In this document: positions 27,110 to 39,689 of the stretch, one piece after another
How positions within the stretch are numbered: the stretch's first letter is position 1
How the letters are laid out: every line of letters starts with the position of its first letter
Assembly (NCBI GenBank): GCA_013265495.1
Contig: MU058010.1
Coordinates: forward strand, 223,145-287,144
Source of the DNA: Vicugna vicugna
Taxonomy: Eukaryota
Direction: 5' to 3'
Length of the DNA stretch: 64,000 nt
Notes under the pieces: generated by a model
What the model was told of the DNA's origin: nothing
Database searches by the model: none
The model's input: the letters and a program-made list of their open reading frames with translations, nothing else
Position numbers and translations under genes: made by a program

Positions 27110-28330
27110 ACCAATTTGCCAAATGCAGTAATAATTGATTAGTCATCTTATTTGTTGTATTAGAGCATTTGACACAGTTGATCAGTTTCCCCGTTGGGAC
27201 ACTTTCCTCCCATATTTCCGGATTACCACCATCTCCTTGTTTATCTTCCACCACATTGGTAGCTTTTTTTTTTCACTTTCCTTTAACTCATTTCCCCAAC
27301 CTTCAAATCAAAACCTACAGGTGAAATGTCCCAGTCAGTGCTTGTACCTCCTCTTCCCTCTCTATTAGTCCCTTTGTTGCCAGTGGATGTAAGTGGTGTT
27401 CCAGGTTCTTGTCCTGTTCCAGAAAGAATTCAGAGATGAGATGTGGAGGTAAAGAAAGTAAAGTGAGGATTTATTAAAGGATGGATAATACACTCTCAAG
27501 GGGAGAGCAGGCAGGCTCAGGTGAGCTGCTGCCCTGTGTTTCTTTGTCAGGTTAATTACGTAGGGTGTTAAAATGAATGGGCGCAATATTAATTGGGGAG
27601 GGAAGCGTTTAGGTTCGTATTCCCTGAGTATCATCCTAACTCCACCTTCCCAGAGGGAGGAGGGATTTTTGTCCTTATTTAGTCTGGATCAGAAGTGTCA
27701 TGGTGTTGGTAAATGATGGATACTTCTAATCTACAAGGCTAATTTTATTGGAATGAGGGCATAATGAGCAAAAGGTTACATTTGGACACTGGAAATTCCT
27801 GCCTTTTCTTACCTTTCTTTGTCAGTCTCCAGGCAACTTGTCGCCCCAAAATGTGTGACTATTTATCAGCCCAAACGTCCCTGCTTTTCATTCTCTGCCC
27901 AGGGACTCCTGGTGCTTACATGATATGTGGTTTCTTACATTTGACCCGTGTCCCTCCTTTTTGCCCAATTCCTTCCATTCGATCTGTGTCGCCTGTTCTC
28001 TGCTTGTATCTAGCTATCTGCCTGTTCTAACACCTTGATGAATCCATCTAAGATCTTGGGTTTTATGTACACTTGCTATAGTAATCTCTTTCTTGAACTG
28101 GAGTCTCCTATATCCAATTTCCTTCTCTATGTTTTTCAATGAGGATCAATAATAGATATTTCTAACTTAACATCTCCAAAACTGGGCCTCCTAATCATTC
28201 TTCCCAAGCCTGTTTCTCCTATCTTAGTGAATGATTTCCTGTCCATATTAATCAATGACAGTTTCAAGCCTTTGAATTGCCCAGGCCAAAAGTCTTGGAG
28301 TCAGTCTTGACTCCTCTCTTTCTCTAATAG
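27110..28330 (-). mobile_element. L2 LINE fragment, split by the LTR at 27375-28032
   Basis: AGCATTTGACACAGTTGATCA (AFDTVD RT motif) ... CAGGCCAAAAGTCTTGGAGTCAGTCTTGACTCCTCTCTTTCTCT; strand call is tentative because the AFDTVD motif reads on +. Confidence 0.6.
27375..28032 (-). mobile_element. ERV solo LTR (658 bp, 4-bp TSD, class I-like)
   Basis: TG...CA termini, TSD CCTT (27371-74, 28033-36), AATAAA on - strand at 27470-75; second family member at 63674. Confidence 0.88.
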
Positions 28331-28998
28331 TAATTTCTGTTTTTTTTCATAGCTGCACTCCTAGCTCCAAGAAGTGCTTGGAAGACACCATTAAACAGGC
28401 TTTGAAGTAATGAAATGCACTAGCAGGAAAACAGGGTGAACTGTAGTCTGATGCCCAAAGATAGAACTTTTAGTTAACTTAGGGTGCTCCTTGTTTTCTT
28501 ACCCTCATCAGTCCCAGAGGGAGGTAGCTTTTGTCATACTGTTGAAACAGGATGGCGTAATTAATGCAAATTAGTGGAGATTATATATGTTGCATTTTTG
28601 GAACATCAAGCAGAACATGTGATCAATTCTTTATAATGAATATCACCGTCTCATTGTTTCCTTGGGTTTCTGTTAATATCCCAGCATTTAATAACTAATT
28701 TTTAATGAATGAATGATTCCCAATGTACATGTCAACCTAGAGCTTTAAAAAGCAGGATTTATCCTGTTCTCCTCTAAAACTTGTTTCTCTCCTTGTATGT
28801 TAAGTCTCTGTTAATGGTCCTACCTCCTCTTTAGTTGAACAATGAGGTTGTGAGGACTTGTAAATTCTTTTCTTTTGCTTCAGCCGCATGCTCACCCAAC
28901 CATCAAATGCTACCAATTTTTCCAGTGTTATTCGGGACTCCCTCATTGCTCAGCAAAACTACTTCTCCAATAGCTTCTTAACTTGAATCTGTTACGTC

Positions 28999-29471
28999 TG
29001 TCGACTGAAATAAATGCACAGCCTAAAAGGTGAGAGTTACGTTTTATTTGGCGGGAGGACTCAAGTGGAGATGACAGCCTCTCAGATCACTCTGAGGGAT
29101 TACTCCGAAGTGGCAGGGGAGGAGCTAGGATATATAGGAGCTTTACAACAAAGACCAGGTGGTTGGAACAATAAAAGATTACTTGTTATCTAAAGAAAAC
29201 CAGGCACCTCAAGTTAAAGAATTTAGTGCTTTTCTAAGTATGGGAGGAAGCAAAAATTTGGGCTCATTGAATTCATTTTTTGACAAACACCTAGCTATCT
29301 AGGGCCAGTATCCTGTCCTTTCTTATTCTGAGTCCGCCCAGAGTGCACCATTGTGAGTGGCTGCAGAGGCTGGGCTGCAGGCCTGTCCTCACTGGGGGTT
29401 GGCGGAAGCTGTTGATGACTTGGTTTCAGCATTCTTTGTTTACTGATATGGTAGCAGTATTTTCGTTCACA
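28999..29471 (-). mobile_element. ERV solo LTR (473 bp, 4-bp TSD)
   Basis: TG...CA termini, TSD CGTC (28995-98, 29472-75), TTTATT at 29043-48. Confidence 0.85.
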
Positions 29472-29853
29472 CGTCTGTTATTGTCTCTCCTCTGCATAAA
29501 ATCCTTTATGATTTCCCCTATTTCCAGCTGAATCAGAACTTTCCAACTTGGCGCATGAGGCTGTGCCTCCCCTGGCCCGTCTCCTTGTCTGGCCCCGTCT
29601 TTAGTGAGTCCTTCCCCTGCTTGCCCACTTCCCACTTTCACAAGCTGCTCAGGAAGTCTGAATTCCTTGTAACTCAACAAAAGGGCCTCTGTCTTTGAAT
29701 GTGTTAATTCCTCTGCTTAGAACATCTGGAGCCTATTGGTCCTGGCTGCCTGTATTAATCCTTAGGAGTCAGTGTTGTTTCTCTGGGTCCTTTTTTGTTT
29801 TTTTTTCCTTCCCAACTTTTTTTGGTCACTCCCCACCCCCACCCTCCCGGCCT

Positions 29854-29963
29854 TGGGTGGGGAGGTAATTAGGTTTATTTACTTATCTTAATGGAGGTAC
29901 TGGGTTTGAACCCAGGACCTCATGCATGCTAGGCATACACTCCACCACTGAACTGTACCCTCC
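29854..29963 (-). mobile_element. vic-1-like tRNA SINE
   Basis: GGGGAGGTAATTAGGTTTATTT...TGGGTTTGAACCCAGGACCTCATGCATGCTAGGCA...ACCACTGAACTGTACCCTCC. Confidence 0.85.
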
Positions 29964-31914
29964 TTTATTTAACGTCCCCATATTCCTGTTATATACCAAA
30001 CAGATCTCTTCTAGTGCATAGTGTGTTTTTATTATTATACCTACTCTTCACTAGGATAGGCAACGTGTCCTGTTTACCTTTTTAGTTACTGAGCCTTCTT
30101 CCCTGTCCCGAGGAATTGATTTCTATGCTGTAGATGCCAGATTGGCATCCACTTATACTGGTATGCTCTCTCAGTTTGAAATCATGTCTAAACATCTCAA
30201 CATGTAGGTTAAAAACCTAGAAAGAACTCATTGGTCTTTACCTTGATTATAGAATTTTTTTAATCTGTAAGGAAACAATACATTTTGCTATATTTAGACA
30301 TATATTCACACGATGAGTTAATCAGAGTGGGTATAGGTCATTATCATGGCAAATTACTGTTAGAATTCAGAAGGGATTTTAAAGAATTAAATTTATTATT
30401 TCAGCTTAAGTCAATTTCCTCTTTTTCCTTTTATGAAGAATTGCCTTATAAATGTTTCCTGAATATAATTTGCATTATCCTTTTCCCTTCTTCCTCCTCA
30501 ATTTCATGCTGCTATTATTCTGCACATACCTGCTTTCCATTTAGGAGATATTTGCTGCTAATTTTTATGTTGCTTATTTTTGCTGCTTTCTTTCAGTTGT
30601 CTATAATTTGCATCTTTTCCAGAACCCTGGCGACTAATACTAATGTAATTTCTCTGAATGTAGAGAAACATTATTTGTATGCTGTTTGAGATCTTTTAAA
30701 ATGCTGAAAAAAACACATTTGTGGGTACTGGGTAATGATGGGCAAGGAAGTGGAAAGCATTTTAAACTTGACTTTTTGACACGAACTGGTCACAGCTGAG
30801 TGAACGTGTACTGGAAAGGTAGACTCTGTTTTAAGTTCTTTCTTTCAAGTATGTTTTCCCTTTACCTCTCTCTCAAGTTTTGACAGCAGAGGCATGCTGG
30901 CCAGATTTTAGTGTTTAGATATCAAATAGAACAATTACGATATATTTCAGCCAGCAGGAACGGAGACCCCGTTGGTGTCTTAACCCAAAATGTCTTTCTA
31001 AGTTCATATAAACCTCGCCCTAAGGGATGGAGAAAGGACAATTTAGGGAACAGCATGAGGTTAAACATATTGATCAGTAGGCTGGTCGTTCTTGTTAGAT
31101 TTTGCTGGAACGTGGACTTAGAAAACGAACACCATCAACAACCACAAAGAATCCTGTGCTTCTCTAGAGACAACCTCTTTTGCTTCCATTACATGGATTT
31201 TTATATAATGAAAGAGATAATTCAGCCAGGGATTTTAAAGAAAGGCGATCCAGGGTGAAAGTTTAAGTGTTAAACGTGAACTGGAAAATACAGCAATTTT
31301 AAAATTTTCATCATTTAAGGTATAAAAGGATTTAGTTAGCTATGTTATTTCTTTATGTCTTCTTAATAAGCATAACACACAAGAGGTCTGAATTTTTGTC
31401 AAAGTGTAGGAGCCGTTATCTGGTAAGTTAACGTCTAGTAATTAACTGTACAGGGTTCACAAGATAGATTTTGGTTATAACAACCCCATTAACTTGATTC
31501 AGGTGTTTGTTAACTCTTGTTGACTTGAATTCTTTGAGTTTCTCTTGATGAATGGAAAGTTATTTTATTATCCTATTGTAGGTAAGTGTTATCTATCCAA
31601 AGGATATTCATTGTTTTTCAACTAGTGTTTGTTCAACTAGTGTGTGTTCAGTATGTCATATGCGTATGGGATGGTATTTTTGGACAAGAACCTATGTTTC
31701 GGTTGAAGCATATAAAAAACTCCACTGAAACTATATTTCTTGTATAATTTATAATTGACTGAAATGCTTAACATACAAATTGTCATTTTAATAGACTCCC
31801 CTGTGAAGGAAGATATTTGATAGTACTTGGAACAAAACCTTGATGTTTCAGTTCTGTTACTCCTTTTTTAATGTCGGAATCCGAGCCTAAGTCTCACTGT
31901 GTAATTTATTGTAG

Positions 31915-32025
31915 GTGGCGTGTATGCAGCTCATCAATGCCCTTGTTACATCTCCTGATGATTTGGACTTCAGGCTTCACATCAGAAATGAATTTCTGCG
32001 TTGTGGATTGAAAGAGATATTGCCA
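31915..32025 (+). CDS. DIAPH3: DIAPH3 coding exon (111 nt), FH3: VACMQLINALVTSPDDLDFRLHIRNEFLRCGLKEILP
   Basis: tgtAG at 31913-14; GTAAGT at 32026; FH3 motif LINAL...FRLHIRNEF. Confidence 0.97.
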
Positions 32026-32314
32026 GTAAGTGCCCTGCAGTCTCCTTATTAATATTTAAATTAGAGAAGTACTTGAATAGGGGGAAATTTAGATAAATTA
32101 CCTTCAAGAATAATTTATCTGTGGGAAAAAAGGCTTGAGTATGAAAATCTATTTTTGAAATATAGATGATAAGATTTGAGTATTATTTAACACTTTAAAT
32201 GTTTGAATGCTATAAATCAAGTTGAATGGCTGGTTTATTGTTTATGTTTCTCATTAATTTTTTGCATTGTGAAAAACAAAACCGTTCATCATAATTTCTA
32301 TTTAATATCTCCAG

Positions 32315-32433
32315 AATTTAAAATGTATTAGGAATGATGGCCTGGATATCCAACTTAAAGTCTTTGATGAGCATAAGGAAGAAGACTTGATTGAGTTCTC
32401 CCATCGCCTTGAAGATATTAGAACTGAACTTGA
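32315..32433 (+). CDS. DIAPH3: DIAPH3 coding exon (119 nt): NLKCIRNDGLDIQLKVFDEHKEEDLIEFSHRLEDIRTEL(D)
   Basis: ccAG at 32313-14; ends at the non-canonical U12 donor ATATCCTTTT (32434). Confidence 0.95.
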
Positions 32434-33256
32434 ATATCCTTTTGTTCTGAAGTCAATCAAATATGTAAAATTATTGCTAAATATTAAACACCCAATCCCC
32501 ACCCCCTAAAATATTAAGCTTCTGAAGCCATTTCTAAACAATATAAAATCAAACCTTTTTGATTTATAAGCCAGAAGGTTATTATAAACCTTTTTTATTT
32601 TATTAGTTTAATGTGTGTTTTTATGAATACAAGCATACGTAAGGCTGTTACAACCTACAGACGGATGCTGTTTGGTCTCTTATGTGTATGTGTACAATCT
32701 TTTTTTTTTTTTGTCATCTCCCCTCCCCCCAGTGCTTTTCAGCATTAGGAACAGGTACCCTTAGCCTGCTGGTTAGTTTCTGCCTTATACCTCAGTGTAT
32801 CCTGATAGAAGCCTGTGCTAACATGTGGGTCTGCAGATGTCTGTGCCTGTCCAGAGATCTGCCAGGCTTCTGTCTTCCACTGGGGCTGCTCCGTGGTAGG
32901 TAATGCCTGGCACCGGCTCTGTTGGTCAGGGTCCCTCAGCCCAATGCAGAATTTACAACCAGCTTTTCACTACCGTTCTGCCAGCAACATGTTGGCTCAA
33001 GAGAGGAAGACTGGTTGGAGTTCATTGTAGAGGAGAAGCCAGGAAGTGTCAGGTCAAGTTGCCATGCACACAGTTTTCCCTCTATTCTCCGTCCTAACTA
33101 TGTGTGTTTTGTTAAGTGTTGAGTACATATGATGCCTGTTTTACATTAAGACACACAATAATCTTTCGAAGCCTTGCAGAGCTTCTTCCGTGTCACGTTA
33201 TTGTAGTTGTTCGGTGTAGAGGACAAATAAATCCACATATTCCTTAATCAGTTTAC
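32434..33256 (+). other. U12-type (minor spliceosome) AT-AC intron, 823 nt
   Basis: 5' site ATATCCTTT; branch-site motif TTCCTTAAT at 33240-33248; terminal AC at 33255-56; no polypyrimidine tract; the junction GA|T restores the Asp codon and the frame. Confidence 0.95.
33240..33248 (+). promoter_or_regulatory. U12 branch-point sequence
   Basis: TTCCTTAAT versus consensus TTCCTTAAC, ending 8 nt before the intron end. Confidence 0.88.
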
Positions 33257-33373
33257 TGAACCATGTGATCTTTACAATGTGGTGTGGAACACAGTTAAGG
33301 AAACCAGAGCAGAGGGACATTTCATTTCAATTCTGCAGCATCTTTTGCTGATTCGAAATGATTATTTTATAAG
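33257..33373 (+). CDS. DIAPH3: DIAPH3 coding exon (117 nt): EPCDLYNVVWNTVKETRAEGHFISILQHLLLIRNDYFI(R)
   Basis: Preceded by U12 acceptor tttAC; donor GTAAGA at 33374; motif FISILQHLLLIRND. Confidence 0.95.
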
Positions 33374-33819
33374 GTAAGAGAAAGCTATGTTCTAATGTTT
33401 TCTTTCACTAATAAAATTCTGTTAATTGTGAAATTCATCTGATGTTTGATTTGGGCAAGCAAATGATTTTAAGACCTTTGTTTCTTTCATAATATTGATT
33501 CATAGAATGTAGTATTTCCTCTGGACGTATATTTAGATCAAAGGTGGTATAAAGTGATACTCCTATTACTTTTTTAAGCTCCAGCAGATTCTTGGTTACA
33601 ACTTTTCATCTGAATAAAATGTGAACTAGTGACCAATTACTAGGTTGTTGTATGATGGATAATATTTTCTGATTAGTCCTTAGGCAGTAGGAATGGTATA
33701 CATTAGTTTCTTTTTATAAGTTACATGGACAGTACTAAACATCACTCTTATTAGTGTTTTAGTAACTAGGAAGTACCTTAATAATGCAGTTGTGTTCAGT
33801 GTTGCTAATGTATCAGAAG

Positions 33820-34030
33820 GCTAGATGAATGACTTTGAAAAGTTTGATTATGTCCTCGCCATCTTGGGCTCAACAAATTGTTTAAAAGTAATTGTTTATC
33901 CTTGTCTATCTGCAGTTATAAATGGATAGTAGCACTTAAGCAGCTGGATTGTTATAAAGATTGAAATGGTAACATGGGTGGAACTCCTAGCCAGACACCT
34001 GGCACATGGCGTGTGCTCTCAATACGTGTT
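33820..34030 (+). mobile_element. MIR SINE remnant
   Basis: Degenerate core and tail (ACACCTGGCACATGGCGTGTGCTCTCAATAC). Confidence 0.5.
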
Positions 34031-36156
34031 CTCTATACCCTTTGTCTTCTTTTATTACTATTTAATGAAGGAAGCTGAAATCTTCGAATATAAACCATTT
34101 TTGTCACCTTTAATTTAGCTTTGCTGAAGCTTCATTCTTAGATACTGTGGATAGTATGTCTTTTCTTACTCTAATTTCAAGTAGAAGGATTTGCAAGACA
34201 GTCTCATTCGGGCCGTGCCTCTGGGTGATGTCAGAGGGTGTAATTTAGGCTTTTAATGTACCTAACAAGTGAACAGCATTGAAGTCAAAACATGTTAAAA
34301 CTTGAAGTTCTCTGAGATGAGTACAGGATCATGCATCTTATCTTCTCTCTTTGTAGAATTAGAGAATTCCAGTGGTATTCTGGAATATGAGTATAGTAAC
34401 CTATATTGCAGCTTAATTTGCTTCTTTTTCATATTTTCTTAAAATAGGATAGTTTAATATTTGACCACTTTATAAATGCTAGATAAAAAATACTAGTACA
34501 TTGATTAAATAACATTTTTAATTATCATAGGTACCTTACTGATTGTAATACTGTACTGCCTGCCAGATTTACTTAAAAATAAACTTGAAACATCCATTTA
34601 CTCTGGAGTAGCCTCATCTTTTTCTTGATCCCTGTGTGGTTGGTCCTGACAGCCTCTGATTGTTTACTGCTTGAAGTTCCAAGAATTCAAGACTGTTGTT
34701 TGCTTTCGAAGATTTGAATGTGTCTCTATTGCTGCAGAGCCAGTTATAGCTCACTCAGGACCCTAACCTTTCATTGGTGCTCTCTAGGGTGGGACGTGCT
34801 TGTGTCAAAACAGATTAAAAAAGACAAGTCTCCAGGGACACGCCCAGGCGAGCCGACCACTTTGGTCGAATCAAGAGTCTCGGAGAAATGTTAAATTGTA
34901 GCACTACCAAAGTGACATTCGTGAGACGAAGCTCATCCGCTTTGGTCATTTTTTGAATATCACCTTTTAAATTTGATAGTCACATGTGTTGCATTCTCTC
35001 TTGGCTCTTTAAACCCTTGGTCTTGGTTCCAAATGTGGTCACTCTGAAGGCAGAATTCCTCCCATGACTACAGTAGTCAAGATGATCCCATCTGTTCTTT
35101 CTTCATGTTCCAAAATTCTCAGTTATTTATTATTATTGTTATTGTTTATTCTTACAGCGGGAATACTTTTATTACAAGATTGGGTCAAAATTATAGTTAT
35201 TTACATAATGTTTTTGTCATCCATTCATTAAGATTTTTTTCTCTTTACTTTTTTATTTGCATACAGTAAGATTTACCCTTTTTGGTTTCTAGTCTTGTGA
35301 ATCTTGTTCTTTTGGCTTTACCTTCATTTTTTGATTTACTGTCTCATATGGACCCAGATTTTACCTGTTAGAAATTTTCGATTATCTGAACATTATTGTT
35401 TGATAACCATTTTTAATTAATATTGATATTAACAAACATAATTTTAAAAGTTTTTTGTAAGTTAGGTTTTATGGTAGGATGCTAAATTTTTTCATTTCAA
35501 AGAATTAGTGGGTAGGAAAATTAAAATGTTTGCTCACTTTCACATTTGGAACCAAAGGAAATTTTACTGAAAGTGAACTCAATTGGAGAATGTATATTGA
35601 AGACCCCTGAGAAAAGCAAATGCAGCAGGATAATTGGAAGGTGGGGTAGATCAAAGTTGATTCTCTAACAAATGATTAATGATTTATTATGTACAAAATA
35701 TCATGCTAGTTCACTATGCATGGGAGATAATTTCTGATATTTGGTAAAAATGCTGCAGAGAAAGTGAAGATGATTTCAAAACATCCTCCAATAAAAATTA
35801 CCTTTTATCAGTGAAGTAATGACAATTTATGTTCATCCCTTAAGTATTCCTCTAACATTTTCATCAACTTTTGAATATTGCTCAAGAGAGATTATTTTCT
35901 AGTTTTACATTTCTGGAATCCAGAAGTGCATTATTCTTTACTAGTATTGCCTTGCTGAAAGTTTTTGCATGAAATTTCAGCTACATTGCTCATAATTTGG
36001 GATAGTGGAGGTGAGAAAACATTTATTGAAATTATGATTTTTTAAAAATGACACAAAGTAGCTTGCATTAACTTAAAACATTTTTTATTAAAACATTAGG
36101 ATAACATTGAATAAGAGTAGAAAAAGAATGGAGTGAGTGCATCATCTCAATTTTTA

Positions 36157-36239
36157 TTTTTAATGAAAGTACTGAGGATTGAATCCAGGACCTTGTACTT
36201 GTTAAGCATGTGCTCTAACACTGAGCTATACCCTCCCCT
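36157..36239 (-). mobile_element. vic-1-like tRNA SINE, short form
   Basis: TSD TCAATTTTTA (36147-56, 36240-49); CTGAGCTATACCCTCCCC. Confidence 0.85.
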
Positions 36240-37444
36240 TCAATTTTTAAATGTGATAGAAATGTGTGTGTAACTTATGTACCTCAAGTGTAAATATAGT
36301 TATTATACTAGAATATTAGGGAAGAAGTTGAGAACATTGAGGAAAACATTACTAATACCTTCTTGTTCTGATTTGGACCCAAAACAGTGTGTCTTGAACA
36401 TTTTCACTCTATGACAATTAATGAGCATTAATCTTCTTTGGTGATGTTAAGCTGTAGTGAATTTTACTCCACATAATGGATGGTTTACTAGGTGTAAAGT
36501 AAGTAGGTCCAGGGCAGTCAGTCATAGTTTATAGCGAAGGAAAGCCCAAGTAGCTGGAGGCATCATGACGTACATGGTGAGGAGGGTTTGAGAGGAAAGT
36601 GAGTAAGAAGTCACTTAGGGCAGAAATAAGTCCTAAGGGGTGGTTGGGATGGAAGACTGCCTCATTAGAACAGTACCTACCCTCTCTATTACTTTAGTGT
36701 GGTTTTGTTAATAAAATGTTCTGAATATTTCTTTCACGTTTGTTAGCATGAGTTTTATGGGATGTTCTTTAGCTTGTTACTAACATAGGTTGACTGGACC
36801 TAACTGTAGTAACAACATGAAGCTTATTTGGGGATTTTAATTAAACTTTAATTTTTGGACAAATATTGTTATACTAAATTTTTCTAGCTTGCTTTTGAGT
36901 AAAAAATATTCATTTGATATTGTATATGTTTTACCATATCAGTTTTTGATGTGATTCCATGAACATTCTAAAAACAGTATACTGTATGGTCTAACGAACC
37001 TTCCAGGTAATTTTTTAGAAAATATTTCTTTTGGTTTGTATTAATAAAGTGAATTAATTGTAGCTATTTATGTATGGTACAGCAATAGGTTGAGGCTCTT
37101 TACTGAGGACTGCTTTTAAGCACATATTACTTCATTTTAATATTTTGTTTCTTACTGTCTACTAATTAAGTCAAGGTTCTGACTTTTGTAAGAAAATGAT
37201 CTTTAAAGCATACTGTATTTATAGCTAAAAGATTATTAAAAACATAGTGTCTTAAAATCATTAGAAATAGAATAACAATTGTGTTTACTTTCACTCCCAT
37301 GTTAAATGTCAACTGTTGAAACTATACGGTAGTAAATTATTGAACTTGAAATCAATCTAATACCTTCTATTACTAAATGTTCTATTTGGATAAAAAGTTA
37401 ATGCTAATAAATTGAGTGTACGTTTATTCTTTCCTTGGTTTTAG

Positions 37445-37563
37445 GCAACAGTACTTCAAATTAATTGATGAGTGTGTGTCTCAGATTGTACTGCATAGAG
37501 ATGGGATGGATCCCGACTTTTCGTATCGGAAAAGACTAGATTTAGATTTAAGTCAGTTTGTTG
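37445..37563 (+). CDS. DIAPH3: DIAPH3 coding exon (119 nt): QQYFKLIDECVSQIVLHRDGMDPDFSYRKRLDLDLSQFV(D)
   Basis: tttAG at 37443-44; GTGAGT at 37564; dimerisation-domain motif SQIVLHR.G.DPDF. Confidence 0.97.
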
Positions 37564-37629
37564 GTGAGTGTTCCTCTATTTTTTAAGTGGGAAATATCTT
37601 ACAGTCCTTACCCATAGGTAAGCTCCAGA

Positions 37630-38600
37630 GTATTGTTTCTCATTGTGTGGCCCGTAGACGTCTAAGGGTCTTTGACACCCTTCCCAAAGGTCCCAATAAA
37701 CAAAACTCTTTTCATGATAATACTGAGACACTATTTGCATTTTTGATTGTGTTGATATCTGCACTGGTGATGCAGAACAGTTTTGAGAAAGCTGCTGGTA
37801 CTTTGTTAATGAATCAAGGCAGTGTCACCAAACTATACTCATAGCCAGGGTATTCTTCACTTAGTAAAACAAGACAAAACAATAAAAACTGCCTTTTTTT
37901 TTTTAACTTAAGGATGTCTTTGAAAAGAACTAAAAAATATTAATTTTATTACATATTTACGTTTGCATACACATCATTTCACTATTCTGTGGGACAGAAC
38001 AAGTCATATCATGAAGCATTTGTGCTGCAAACCAAAGTCCAATGAGGAAATATTTGTGTAGTTTGTCTGAGTTACCATCTGAACTGCTTTTTCACTTCAA
38101 AAAAATGATTGTCACACAAACTGGCTATTCATATGTGAGTGTTTGGCACATACTTTCTTAAAAATGAAATGAAGTCTGTCTGTAACTTCAAGGAAAATGA
38201 TGATAGAATATGTTACCTACGATAAAATTCAGGCTTTCAAGTAAAAAATCTTTTTGGAAAACTTGTATTTGCTACAGTCAGCTTGGTAGCTTTGCAGTGT
38301 TAATTTTTTTTTTGTGATCAGATCAGTGGTGATATTAGCCTGTGTGATTACTTTGACATTGTATGATGAAATGTGTCACCATTGCATGACTCTGTAAACC
38401 ACTCTTTTCCAAATGACCAGTACTTGAAAGATTCTGCACAGGTAAACAATCTATAGATTTTAAAGTAACAGAGTACAAAGTAGTCGTAGACATGATACAT
38501 GATTCCACATTGTAACCAATGTTTAAGAAGTTACCATATGTCAAATCTTGGTGTAACATCAAAAAAGAATGTCTTTTATTTGTGTGCAGTTGCTTCTTCT
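37630..38600. mobile_element. Charlie1-like hAT DNA transposon remnant
   Basis: TTTTCATGATAATACTGAGACACTATTTG, GAATCAAGGCAGTGTCACCAAACTATACT, GATTCCACATTGTAACCAATGTTTAAGAAGTTACCA. Confidence 0.7.
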
Positions 38601-39322
38601 TCCTATAATATCTGAGGCCAGGAAGAAGTATGGAATGTATAGAATGGGAATGGAGTAGATAATATTAGTGACACTAGTAAGGAGAATGTTTGTTTCTCTC
38701 CACAGGAGAGAGGAAATTAGAAGTTCCTAGGGGTGGTACGGACATAGAAATGAAGAAAAAAAATGCTCTAAATATGTAGCAAACCAAAATGTGGAATGAT
38801 GTTGAATAGTGTCTAAAAAAGAAAATTTATTCTACTTGGACATTAGGAATATTTTTTTCTTGAGTAGGTAAAGCTTTTGACATTGAGTTCTTGAGAAGGC
38901 AGTAAAATCTTTGAACAGTGCTTGGCTATACAAGTGAAACTTTTACATAGTTATAATAAATGTATTGTGTTTATTGATTATAAATGTTTAGAATAAACTT
39001 ATAGACAATACAGAAGACTTAAATACAGAAGAGAGTATCGCTGTACTTACACGAGTAGGTGAGAGAAGACAGGAGGAAAGACAGATGTTGGAAAGTACAG
39101 GGCACAGATAATTTCATACATTAAAGTGGGAGTCAAGACATGCTGTCTGTGCAACAGGGATCAGAGGTTTAAGTATTACTTTAGTGCTTCAGAGCCAGCC
39201 AGTTCCAGAAAGTCAAATTATCAAAAATTGGGATTAGACAGGGAACAGTGTTTCTGTATTTCACAGTAGGAAGTTACCTATGCTGGCCTAAATAGTTAAG
39301 TCAATAAATAATGATATACACA

Positions 39323-39336
39323 GTTTATGAAAACAA

Positions 39337-39368
<32 letters not shown>

Positions 39369-39453
39369 ATGCATGACTGGTATATTATGCTGTACACCAG
39401 AAATTGACATGTAGTAACTGACTATAGTTCAATTAAAAAAAAAAAAAGAAAGA
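39323..39453 (+). mobile_element. Lineage-specific L1 3' end with (TG)n and poly(A)
   Basis: TATGCTGTACACCAGAAATTGACA...CTATAGTTCAATTAAAAAA; TSD AATG(A/G)TATACACA at 39310-22 and 39454-66. Confidence 0.85.
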
Positions 39454-39689
39454 AATGGTATACACACTTTAGAGTTAAGCTAACCACCAGAATAATCTAA
39501 TACAGAAAGAGCTATATTAATTTGTAAAAGCTCACATTTAAGAAGTCGGACTGTTTTCGATGCAGTGATTTTGTTGACTGTTACTTCTCATTATAAACCC
39601 TTCTGTAGTATGGTTTTTTAAAACCATGTTCATTATTACTTTCATTAAAAAGAGAAAGAAGGGATATAGCACATCATGGGAAATCTGTA

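Noticed and set aside
29829..29864. 10-bp inverted repeat CTCCCCACCC/GGGTGGGGAG (and TTATTAATCT/AGATTAATAA at ~44860)
   Set aside because: Short low-complexity stems, one at a SINE tail; no support for function
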